From contig JABWCD010000005.1 in the NCBI GenBank assembly GCA_013359265.1, positions 73,678-137,677 of the forward strand: 64,000 nt of DNA, read 5' to 3'. Under the pieces are notes generated by a model. It had not been told where the DNA came from and did no database searches. It worked only from the letters and a program-made list of their open reading frames with translations. The translations under genes and the position numbers were made by a program. Positions 19,266 through 27,764 of the stretch are shown here, piece after piece. The DNA is from Candidatus Hydrogenedentota bacterium (lineage in GTDB: Bacteria > Hydrogenedentota > Hydrogenedentia > Hydrogenedentales > SLHB01). Each line of letters starts with the position of its first letter. Within the stretch, counting starts at the first letter, position 1.

Positions 19266-21467
19266 ATGAGTACAGGGAATCATTCTGCGTTGGGTGGCGC
19301 CACTGCGTCACGTGTCCTTTTGGTCCTTTCCTTTTCTGCGCTTTCCTTGCTTGCCGCGGCAGACGACTTCGCCCCGCGCGTTGAAATACTCACGCGCCAC
19401 GTTCAGCGCCTGCACGCCATCACCGTGCCCGATGCGGATGCGCCAACTAAGGCGGAAAAACTGAAGCAACTCGAAGACGCCGTGGCGAAGGGGGCGGCAA
19501 ATTCCGAAGAGTTTATCGCGCTGTACAATCAGATTGACGACGTCCGAATGTGGCTCTGGTCCCACGCGACGGACCAACCACGTATCGCCGCGGGGAGCTT
19601 TGCGGAATCGGACGGCGCCTGGACGATATCCGCGCCTTCCCTCACGGTGACGCTGGCGAAATCCGACCTTGGAATAACGGTGAAGACGCCGGAGGCCGCA
19701 TGGCAGTTCGCGCCGTGTGAGGACCGCGACATCGTCATGCCGGGAAAGGCGATTGGGCTGCTCAAGGCGGGCGCGCGCAATGTCGAGGAATTCCGCACGG
19801 GGTACAGCGTGGGGCTTATCGCAGTTTTCTCGGAATTTGCGGAAGCGCCCGGATTGGAAGTTCGGCTTTGTCTAAACGTAATTGGCAACGCATTGGTGTG
19901 CGAGTTCATCGCGACCGACGACGGGCAGACCTTTACGGACGTGTACTGGCCGAAGGCGATCGTCACCGGAATCACCGCCAACGATGTTGCCGTGATTCCG
20001 CACATGCAGGGCATGCTGTTGCCCGGCGACTGGCACCAGGAGATCAAACAACATAGTCTCGTCAATTCACGCACGCTTTACATGCCGTGGTGGGGACATC
20101 TTGCGAACGGCGTGCGCGGCGCGGGGCCCGGTGTCGTCGCGATTATCGAGACGCCCGACGACGCGGGCGCCGATTACAGACACGCACCGGGAGGGCCTAC
20201 GGTGGTTGCGCCGTATTGGGCGCCGAGCCTCGGCAAAATGCGGTACCAGCGCGTCATCCGCTATATCTTTGACGACGACGCGACCTACGTCACGCTTGCG
20301 AAGCGCTATCGACAACACGTGCAGGAAACAGGGCGTTTCGTATCCCTGTCGGAAAAGGCGCTGCGTACGCCCAATGTGAACGAAGTGATCGGACGTCCCG
20401 TGATTCACATCGGGGCCCTCTATCACTTCGTGCGCGAAGCGTCGCTATTCAATAAGGAACGCATTGAGAACAACCACGGCCTTACGACGTTCGAGGAACT
20501 GGCGAACGGCTTGAACGAATTGAAAGTGCGCGGTGTGGAGGACGCGTACATCCACCTCGACGGTTGGGGCTTCTACGGCTATGACAATGGACACCCCGAC
20601 GTGTTGCCGCCCGGCGAGGAGCAGGGGGGATGGGACGGCCTGCGCGCGTTCGCGGACACGTGCGATCGGCTCGGCTACCTTTTTGCCGTGCACGATCAGT
20701 ACCGCGATTTTTACCTCAACGCCGTGTCGTTCGACGATCGCCTCGTGGCGTACCGATTCGATGGCACCTGCGAACAGCATTCGACGTGGTGCGGCGGTCC
20801 GCAGACGATTCTCAACCCGCGTTTCGCTCCGGACTATGTGCGCCGCAACCATGACCTGTTCGCCGCGAACGGCGTGCAGGTGAAGGGCGCCTATCTCGAC
20901 GTGTTCTCGATCGTGCCGATCGAGGAAAGCAGCGAGAAATCGCACCCCGTCTCGCGCAGCGAATGCGCGCGCTATCGCGCGGACTGTTTCGATCTGCTCC
21001 GTGCGCGCGGTTACGTGGTGAGTTCAGAAGAACCAACGGACTACCTGGCGCCGCACATCGATCTGGTCCATCACGGCCCGTACGCGACGTACCCGAACAT
21101 TGGCGGTGGCGATGCGCGCGGCATCCCCGTCCCGCTATGGAACCTCGTCTATCATGACGCGCTACTGCTGCCGTGGGACATGGGCGAGAACGGCGGTTGG
21201 GGCACGCCGGCCGGCGACGCGGGATACCTGCACTGCTTCCTGAACGCGGGCCTGCCGTATCTGGGACTTGGGGCGGGCCCGGACCAGATTGCGCGCATGA
21301 AAGAGGCGTGCGCACTTAATCAACGCTGCGCCACGAGCGATATGGTGTCGCACGAGTTTCTGGACGATGCGTACCGTCAACAGCGCACGACCTACAGCGA
21401 CGGCACGACAGTCACGATTGACTTCGCTGCAAAGTCCTACACGATTGAGCCACCGGCCAATGGCTGA
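19266..21467 (+). CDS. Secreted protein, putative TIM-barrel glycoside-hydrolase-like enzyme
   Basis: Start ATG at 19266 gives a signal peptide (ASRVLLVLSFSALSLLAAAD). Motifs IHLDGWG and HDQYRDF are typical of sugar-active barrels. The upstream in-frame extension overlaps the opposite-strand gene and is rejected. Confidence 0.4.
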   Translation: MSTGNHSALGGATASRVLLVLSFSALSLLAAADDFAPRVEILTRHVQRLHAITVPDADAPTKAEKLKQLEDAVAKGAANSEEFIALYNQIDDVRMWLWSHATDQPRIAAGSFAESDGAWTISAPSLTVTLAKSDLGITVKTPEAAWQFAPCEDRDIVMPGKAIGLLKAGARNVEEFRTGYSVGLIAVFSEFAEAPGLEVRLCLNVIGNALVCEFIATDDGQTFTDVYWPKAIVTGITANDVAVIPHMQGMLLPGDWHQEIKQHSLVNSRTLYMPWWGHLANGVRGAGPGVVAIIETPDDAGADYRHAPGGPTVVAPYWAPSLGKMRYQRVIRYIFDDDATYVTLAKRYRQHVQETGRFVSLSEKALRTPNVNEVIGRPVIHIGALYHFVREASLFNKERIENNHGLTTFEELANGLNELKVRGVEDAYIHLDGWGFYGYDNGHPDVLPPGEEQGGWDGLRAFADTCDRLGYLFAVHDQYRDFYLNAVSFDDRLVAYRFDGTCEQHSTWCGGPQTILNPRFAPDYVRRNHDLFAANGVQVKGAYLDVFSIVPIEESSEKSHPVSRSECARYRADCFDLLRARGYVVSSEEPTDYLAPHIDLVHHGPYATYPNIGGGDARGIPVPLWNLVYHDALLLPWDMGENGGWGTPAGDAGYLHCFLNAGLPYLGLGAGPDQIARMKEACALNQRCATSDMVSHEFLDDAYRQQRTTYSDGTTVTIDFAAKSYTIEPPANG

Positions 21468-21479
21468 ATCGTCGCTCCG

Positions 21480-21746
21480 CTAACGAGATTGTGCCTCGAT
21501 ATAAGAGCGCAGCACGGCATTGATTCGTGTCTGATATCCCCGCCCTTGTTTGCGGAACCATCCCAGTACATCCGGGTCGATGCGTATCGAGACTAGTTCC
21601 TTGGGTTTGGGTAAGCGCACTTCCATCCGCTTGAACACCCTCGGATCGATCTCCGGCGCCTCGCCCAGATCGATCTCATTATCGGGCATGGAGGCGAGCT
21701 TTCTCCATTTTGTCCTAGACTTTTTCGTGGTAGATTTTTTCTTCAC
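21480..21746 (-). CDS. brnA: BrnA/DUF4415-family antitoxin of a type II BrnT/BrnA module
   Basis: C-terminal DPDVLGWFRKQGRGYQTRINAVLRSYIEA is a BrnA/DUF4415 signature. GTG start at 21746. Overlaps the upstream brnT remnant by ~32 nt. Confidence 0.75.
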   Translation of the reverse strand: MKKKSTTKKSRTKWRKLASMPDNEIDLGEAPEIDPRVFKRMEVRLPKPKELVSIRIDPDVLGWFRKQGRGYQTRINAVLRSYIEAQSR

Positions 21747-21991
21747 GTTTTGTCGCCTTTCGCGCGGATACGATGCGGATCGAGTCCGTGTCCCGCTCTA
21801 CAAACACGACTACGGCGACGATTGACTTGAGTATTCCGAATCCCAAACCATCTATCTTCCCCGTAGTCCTTGCGATCATCCAAGAACAGCACCATTGGGT
21901 GTTGAAACATGGTCGGTACATCAACAAAATCAATTCCGTGTTTGCGAATGTTCATTCGATTTTTTGCTTCGTCCCATTCGTAAACGATTTC
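21715..21991 (-). pseudogene. brnT: brnT (DUF497 ribonuclease toxin) pseudogene: frameshifted and missing a start codon
   Basis: The N-terminal part EIVYEWDEAKNRMNIRKHGIDFVDV...DRWFGI is in one frame; the C-terminal part KSIVAVVVFVERDTDSIRIVSARKATKREEKIY is in the -1 frame. The conserved EWDEAK opening follows a TAG directly, with no in-frame ATG/GTG/TTG before it. Confidence 0.7.
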
Positions 21992-22096
21992 CTATAGTGT
22001 AGATACAATTTGTATTGATATCAAGGGCGGGTATGCGGGGGATGCACCTGTCGAGTGCGTTTGACGATCCGGAGAACACAGCGCTACGCTGGCGGC

Positions 22097-23092
22097 ATGA
22101 AAGTCGTGGCAGGAGGCGGCCCGAAAATCAGCGGGCATCTTACTATTGATCCCTTTGCCCCGGCATATCTCGCCTTACACGAATCTGGCGCACTTTCGGC
22201 GCGGGTCGAGCGGGCGCTTGCCGAGTTGCGCGATTGCTGCGCGTGTCCGCGGAATTGTCATGTCAACCGCATGGCGAACGAAACGAAAGTGTGCAACACC
22301 GGGCGCTACGCGCGCGTCGCCAGCGCATTTCCGCATTTTGGGGAAGAGGATTGCCTTCGCGGACGCAAGGGATCGGGGACCATCTTCTTTGGTTTGTGCA
22401 ACCTGCGCTGCGTGTTTTGCCAAAACTGGGACATCAGCCAGAAGGTGTCGGGCGCGGAGATGACCGCGGACCAAATCGCGGACGTGATGATCGAATTGCA
22501 GGGCTACGGTTGTCACAACATCAACTTCGTCACGCCGGAGCACGTCGCGCCGCAGGTCATTGAGGCCGTTGCGGCGGCCGTGCCGCGAGGCCTTCGCCTG
22601 CCGATTGTGTACAACACGAGCGCGTACGACTCGGTATCGTCGCTGCGGTTGCTCGACGGCCTCATCGATATCTACATGCCGGACTTCAAATTCTGGGAGC
22701 GCGAAACCGCGAAGCGGCTGTGCAAGGCGAAGGACTACCCTGATCGCGCGCGCGAAGCCATCGCGGAAATGCACCGGCAAGTCGGGGTGCTCAAGTTTGG
22801 CCCTGATGGCATGGCGCGGCGCGGCGTGCTTGTGCGTCATCTCGTCATGCCCGGACAAACGGCGGAAGCCGCGGCCATTTTTCGATGGCTCGCCAATGAA
22901 CTCTCGCCGGATACCTACGTCAACATCATGGGACAGTATCACGTTGACTACCAGGTCGGCTCCATCGCCAGCAATGGCACGGCCAAGTACACCGACATCG
23001 AACGTCGCGCCACCGACGCGGAAATGCGCGATGCTTTCGCCGCTGCGCGGGATGCCGGCCTCTGGCGTTTCGACGCACGCTGGCTCCCATGA
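22097..23092 (+). CDS. Radical SAM protein, PflX-like (putative glycyl-radical/other enzyme activase)
   Basis: CNLRCVFCQNW is a CxxxCxxC motif. The N-terminal Cys cluster CCACPRNCHVN is typical of the COG1313/PflX family. Confidence 0.7.
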   Translation: MKVVAGGGPKISGHLTIDPFAPAYLALHESGALSARVERALAELRDCCACPRNCHVNRMANETKVCNTGRYARVASAFPHFGEEDCLRGRKGSGTIFFGLCNLRCVFCQNWDISQKVSGAEMTADQIADVMIELQGYGCHNINFVTPEHVAPQVIEAVAAAVPRGLRLPIVYNTSAYDSVSSLRLLDGLIDIYMPDFKFWERETAKRLCKAKDYPDRAREAIAEMHRQVGVLKFGPDGMARRGVLVRHLVMPGQTAEAAAIFRWLANELSPDTYVNIMGQYHVDYQVGSIASNGTAKYTDIERRATDAEMRDAFAAARDAGLWRFDARWLP

Positions 23093-23175
23093 ATACCCGC
23101 CTGTGGTTTGTACCGCGAACGCGCCCCAAGTAGGATTGCGCTCGCAGTGCACGTGGGAAAATTGGAGAGGCGCAG

Positions 23176-24132
23176 GTGCAGATTCGGAAAGCCGTTATTA
23201 CCGCGGCGGCGCGCGGGTCCCGGTTGTATCCCGCCGCGGATACGGTGCAGAAAGCGATGTTGCCGCTGGTGGACCGCGATGGTCTCACCAAGCCGGTGAT
23301 TCAGATCATCGCGGAAGAGGCGATTGAAAGCGGTATCGAGGAGATTGTAGTCATTTGCGCGCCGGGCGACGAGGCGAACTACCGGCGGCAGTTTCAGTCG
23401 TTGCGCGAGAATCTGCTCGAAGCGTACCGGGGCGCGGAGTGGGCGCGTCTGCAATCCGAAAAGATCGCCAGCCTCGAAGGCCGCCTGCGGTTTGCCGTTC
23501 AGGATGAACCGTTGGGATACGGCCACGCCGTCAGTTGCGCGCGGCCTATCGTGGGCGACGAGCCGTTTCTCCTGCTGCTCGGCGATCACTTGTACGTATC
23601 GCAAATCGAGGGCAAGCGCTGCGTCGAGCAACTGGTCGAGTTGGCGCAGCGCGAGGACTGCGCCGTCGCCGCAGTTCAGGCGACGCGCGAACATCTTGTT
23701 GGCCGCTACGGCACGTTGACGGGTAAGCGCCAGCAGGGCGCGCCCGGCATCTACCAAATCGATCGCATTATCGAGAAGCCGTCGTTGAGTCAGGCCGAGT
23801 TGGAACTGCACACACCGGGCCTGCGCGTCGGGCACTATCTGTGCTTCTTCGGCATGTACGTGCTCACGCCGTCCCTGTTCGCCATTCTCGACGAGGCGCT
23901 GCATTCGAGCAGCGAAAAGCACGACGTTGCGTTGACGCCCGCCTTGCAGGAATTGGCGCGCCGAGAACGGTTCCTTGCGCTGGAACTAAAGGGCACGCGC
24001 TACGATATCGGCGCAAAGTTTGGCCTGCTGCAAACGCAACTCGCGCTCGCGCTCGCGGGCGCGGACCGCGAGGAGATGATGACGGTTGTCCTTGAACTGC
24101 TCGCGGAATCCGCGCGCCGCTCGAAGCACTAG
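23176..24132 (+). CDS. UTP--glucose-1-phosphate uridylyltransferase-like sugar nucleotidyltransferase
   Basis: GalU-type N-terminus (ITAAARGSRLYPAADTVQKAMLPLVD), GTG start preceded by GGAGAGG; 318 aa. Confidence 0.65.
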   Translation: MQIRKAVITAAARGSRLYPAADTVQKAMLPLVDRDGLTKPVIQIIAEEAIESGIEEIVVICAPGDEANYRRQFQSLRENLLEAYRGAEWARLQSEKIASLEGRLRFAVQDEPLGYGHAVSCARPIVGDEPFLLLLGDHLYVSQIEGKRCVEQLVELAQREDCAVAAVQATREHLVGRYGTLTGKRQQGAPGIYQIDRIIEKPSLSQAELELHTPGLRVGHYLCFFGMYVLTPSLFAILDEALHSSSEKHDVALTPALQELARRERFLALELKGTRYDIGAKFGLLQTQLALALAGADREEMMTVVLELLAESARRSKH

Positions 24133-24428
24133 TGGTTCATACTATTTGTTCGAGCGAGTGCATTCCACGCCGCCTTGGGAAGAGGAATCTCAAATCTCAG
24201 ATTTGAAACCTCAAATGGGAGAGGACATCGGGAGTCAGGAGTTGGAAGTCAGTAGCCGGGAGTCAGGCGTGATGCGTCACGATTCGGGGATCCAATCGAT
24301 CCGGACAAAATGGATCGGGGGAAAAGTGCCGCCGCGTTTCGACGGGCGCAGAACTGCGGCGCGCCTCGAGACGCCGCTGTACGCCAGCCACGCGCAATTC
24401 CGAATGGAACGAGCCACTAGGCCGTAGC

Positions 24429-27400
24429 ATGGACCCTTTTATCGAGACCATCACCAGCGACCAGTCCGTCGTGCGCGAACGCGCGTTCCGCGAACTGTGC
24501 GAAGGCAAGAGCGTGGCCGAACTGTTGCAGTCCTGCGCCGAGTTGGAAACGTTCCGCCGAAAGTCCGACAACCTGTACGAGCGCGTACGCGCGACCTTGT
24601 TCCTGTATGCGGCGCACCGGTTCTATCTGTCCGAGGCGCGCGAGTTACCCGAGGCCGGCGCAGTTCCGTTTGCCGCGGTGCGCGATCTGCACGAGCGGCG
24701 CTTCGAGGAAGCGATTGCGCAGTTCCGCGCGGCACAGCAGGCTAGCGGCGCAAACGGCGCGCTGATGAGCGCCTTGGCCGAAGGTTACCACCATCTCGCG
24801 TTCCAGACGCTCGCGGACCAGGTGCGCCGCAGCGTGCGCGGGAGCCGCGGCAACCAATGGATGTTTCGCGTCGGACACGCCGACAACCATCCGGTCCGAA
24901 TTCGGCCCGAACTCTTGCGCCGAAGCGACGGCTCGATCTTGTATCCCGTGCTCACCGAGCGAACGCCGGTACGGCTGGACCTCAGCCATAGCGGCTGGTC
25001 CGACATATTTTTTCTCGGCATGGATTATCCCGAAGGCGCGCGCGTGGTGAACATTAGCGTTGACCTCGGGGTATACGGCCGCGACACGGACGTTCGCCCG
25101 CCGGTCGAAGCGCATGTACGTGTGATACCCGAACCGGTACTGCGAATTTCGAGCATCGATCTCGGTGTGACGAAGGACATCGTGGACCTCGTCGATCTCT
25201 TCAACTTTGGGAATGACTATCTCAGCCTCGTGAAAGCCGGGGTTATCGCGTCCGGGCTGGTGCCGGCTTCTTTCGAAGGCACTCACCATTCCGTTGCCGC
25301 GGTTCTTGCGTCTGTCGTCGGTCCGGGAATGGGGATTGAGCTAGTCACGAAAGTAAACGACATTCCGAAAGGGTCGCGTCTCGCGGTATCTACAAACCTC
25401 CTCGCGAGCATTGTCAGCGTGCTCATGCGCGCGACGGGACAGACCGCGTCGCTCGAGGGCGGGCTGACCGAGAGCGAACGGAGGCTGGTGGCTTCGCGCG
25501 CGATTCTCGGCGAGTGGCTTGGGGGTAGCGGGGGCGGGTGGCAAGACAGCGGCGGTGTGTGGCCGGGTATCAAGGTCATCGAGGGCGCGCCCGCGAAGGA
25601 AGGCGAACCGGAATTCGGCATCAGCCGCGGCTGTCTTTTGCCGCGGCACCATGTGCTGGGCAAAGACGAAGTCCATCCGGAATTCACGGAGCGATTTGCG
25701 CAGTCGCTGGTGTTGCTCCATGGCGGCATGGCGCAGGACGTTGGGCCGATCCTGGAAATGGTCACGGAGAAGTATTTGCTGCGTTCCGCGGACGAATGGC
25801 GCGCCCGGCAACACATGCGCGCAATATTCGACGGCATACTTACGGCGCTGCGGAAAGGCGACGTGAAATCGCTCGCGACGCACACCACACAAAACTTCGA
25901 CGGGCCTTTGAGGACCATAATTCCCTGGGTGACGAACTATTTTACCGAAACGATTATTTCGCACGCGCGGGCCGCGCTTGGGCGGAACTATTGGGGATTC
26001 CAGATGCTCGGCGGCATGTCCGGCGGGGGCATGGCGATGTACGTTGCACCGGAGGCGCACGCGGAATCGCGCGATCGAATTCTCGATATCATGCGCGCGG
26101 CGAAACTTGGCGTCGATGACGCGCTTCCCTTCGCGATGGAGCCGGTCGTGTACGATTTCCGGATCAACGAGCGGGGTACGTGGGCGACACTGCACGCCGG
26201 CGAAGATGCGATGATGCCGTCGCGGTACTATGCGCTCCAGGTACCGGAACTGGTGCGCCATTCGGCCGACGCGTTGCCGTACTTGCGCCGGGCGGAACTC
26301 GATCACTTCACCGCGAGCAGCAAGGAACCGATCGAGACCTTCGGCCTCCTGCGTACAATCGTCAGCAATTTGTTCCGCGTCGCGAACCCGGCATCTCGTT
26401 CAGAGCGTATCGAGTGGGACCGGGAATCCGAGGCGATCAAGGCGCAGAACGGCTTCGACGTCGTGCAGCACGAGCAGATTCGCGCAGACTTGAGGGCAGG
26501 CCGCATCGGGCTCGCGCATAATCGCATGTCGGTGGAGACCGCCATTGACGATGTGCTTGACGCAGACGTCGCCAAGCTCTCTGACCAGACAAAGCACGCT
26601 TCACGCGGCGAGCGCGCACTGCGCGAAGGCCGCGTCGCCGTGCTGTCCCTTGCGGGCGGCGTGGGCAGCCGATGGACCACCGGGGCGGGTGTCATCAAGG
26701 CGTTGAATCCGTTCGTCAGCATTGCCGGGAAACATCGCAGTTTTCTCGAAATTCATTTGTCAAAGTCACGCGCAACCGCGCAGAAATATGGGGCACATCC
26801 GCCTCACATCGTTTCGACCAGTTTTCTCACGCACGCGCCCATCGAGCGCCACCTTGCAGCGTCGCAGCACTTCGGATACGGCGGTCCAGTGCACTTATCG
26901 CCGGGCCGATCGATTAGCCAGCGGCTGGTGCCGATGGTGCGCGACCTCGTTTTCCTCTGGGAAGAGATGCCGCAGGAAACGCTCGACGAGCAGAAGCAAA
27001 AAGTGCGCGAGGCCGTGCACGGAGCGCTGACGCAGTGGGCGCGCGACGCAGGCGAAGGCAGCGACTACGCCGACAACGTGCCCATCCAACGCTTCAATCC
27101 GCCCGGCCACTGGTACGAGGTTCCAAACCTTTTCCGAAACGGCGCGTTGGCGCGGTTGCTGCGCGAGCGTCCAAACGTCGAGACCATCATGCTGCATAAC
27201 ATCGATACGCTTGGCGCCGATTTGGACCCCGCTGCGCTTGGCTGTCACCTCGAATCCGGCAACGTCCTCACGTTCGAGGTGGTGCCGCGGCGCATCGGCG
27301 ACAGCGGCGGCGGTCTTGCGCGGGTGGGTGGGCGCGTGCGCCTGCTCGAAGGCCTCGCCCAACCGCGCGAGGAAGACGAGTACAAACTCCGGTACTACAA

Positions 27401-27764
27401 TTCGATGACAACATGGATTCAAATCGATCCGCTCCTGAATGTGTTCGGCCTGACGCGCGACGACTTAAACGGGCCGGAGGAATTCATCGCCGAGGCCGTG
27501 CGCAGAATGGCGCAGCGTTTGCCCACGTACGTAACCATCAAGGACGTGAAGAAGCGCTGGGGCCACGGACAAGAGGATGTGTACCCCGTGGCCCAGTTTG
27601 AGAAGTTGTGGAGCGATATGAGTGGACTCCCGGATGTCCGCTGCGGATTTCTCGCGGTACCGCGTTTGCGCGGGCAACAACTCAAGGACCCCGCCGAACT
27701 TGACCCGTGGGCGAACGACGGCAGCAAAGACCACGTCGCGTCCCTGTGCGTGTTTGACGCGTGA
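24429..27764 (+). CDS. 1111-aa fusion protein: N-terminal GHMP-kinase-like region plus C-terminal UDP-sugar pyrophosphorylase (UDPGP)-like nucleotidyltransferase
   Basis: Degenerate GHMP motif II (IPKGSRLAVSTNLLASIVSV) and a C-terminal GHMP glycine block (LGGMSGGGMAMYV) in the first ~550 aa. A UDPGP-type motif LSLAGGVGSRWTTGAG lies around residue 700. Confidence 0.5.
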   Translation: MDPFIETITSDQSVVRERAFRELCEGKSVAELLQSCAELETFRRKSDNLYERVRATLFLYAAHRFYLSEARELPEAGAVPFAAVRDLHERRFEEAIAQFRAAQQASGANGALMSALAEGYHHLAFQTLADQVRRSVRGSRGNQWMFRVGHADNHPVRIRPELLRRSDGSILYPVLTERTPVRLDLSHSGWSDIFFLGMDYPEGARVVNISVDLGVYGRDTDVRPPVEAHVRVIPEPVLRISSIDLGVTKDIVDLVDLFNFGNDYLSLVKAGVIASGLVPASFEGTHHSVAAVLASVVGPGMGIELVTKVNDIPKGSRLAVSTNLLASIVSVLMRATGQTASLEGGLTESERRLVASRAILGEWLGGSGGGWQDSGGVWPGIKVIEGAPAKEGEPEFGISRGCLLPRHHVLGKDEVHPEFTERFAQSLVLLHGGMAQDVGPILEMVTEKYLLRSADEWRARQHMRAIFDGILTALRKGDVKSLATHTTQNFDGPLRTIIPWVTNYFTETIISHARAALGRNYWGFQMLGGMSGGGMAMYVAPEAHAESRDRILDIMRAAKLGVDDALPFAMEPVVYDFRINERGTWATLHAGEDAMMPSRYYALQVPELVRHSADALPYLRRAELDHFTASSKEPIETFGLLRTIVSNLFRVANPASRSERIEWDRESEAIKAQNGFDVVQHEQIRADLRAGRIGLAHNRMSVETAIDDVLDADVAKLSDQTKHASRGERALREGRVAVLSLAGGVGSRWTTGAGVIKALNPFVSIAGKHRSFLEIHLSKSRATAQKYGAHPPHIVSTSFLTHAPIERHLAASQHFGYGGPVHLSPGRSISQRLVPMVRDLVFLWEEMPQETLDEQKQKVREAVHGALTQWARDAGEGSDYADNVPIQRFNPPGHWYEVPNLFRNGALARLLRERPNVETIMLHNIDTLGADLDPAALGCHLESGNVLTFEVVPRRIGDSGGGLARVGGRVRLLEGLAQPREEDEYKLRYYNSMTTWIQIDPLLNVFGLTRDDLNGPEEFIAEAVRRMAQRLPTYVTIKDVKKRWGHGQEDVYPVAQFEKLWSDMSGLPDVRCGFLAVPRLRGQQLKDPAELDPWANDGSKDHVASLCVFDA

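Noticed and set aside
22175-23152. 325-aa ORF antisense to the PflX-like radical SAM gene
   Set aside because: The radical SAM frame contains the CxxxCxxC and Cys-cluster signatures; the antisense ORF has none.
24645-25289. 214-aa reverse-strand ORF inside the 1111-aa fusion gene
   Set aside because: It is embedded antisense in the long + strand ORF, which is continuous over 3.3 kb and has motif support.
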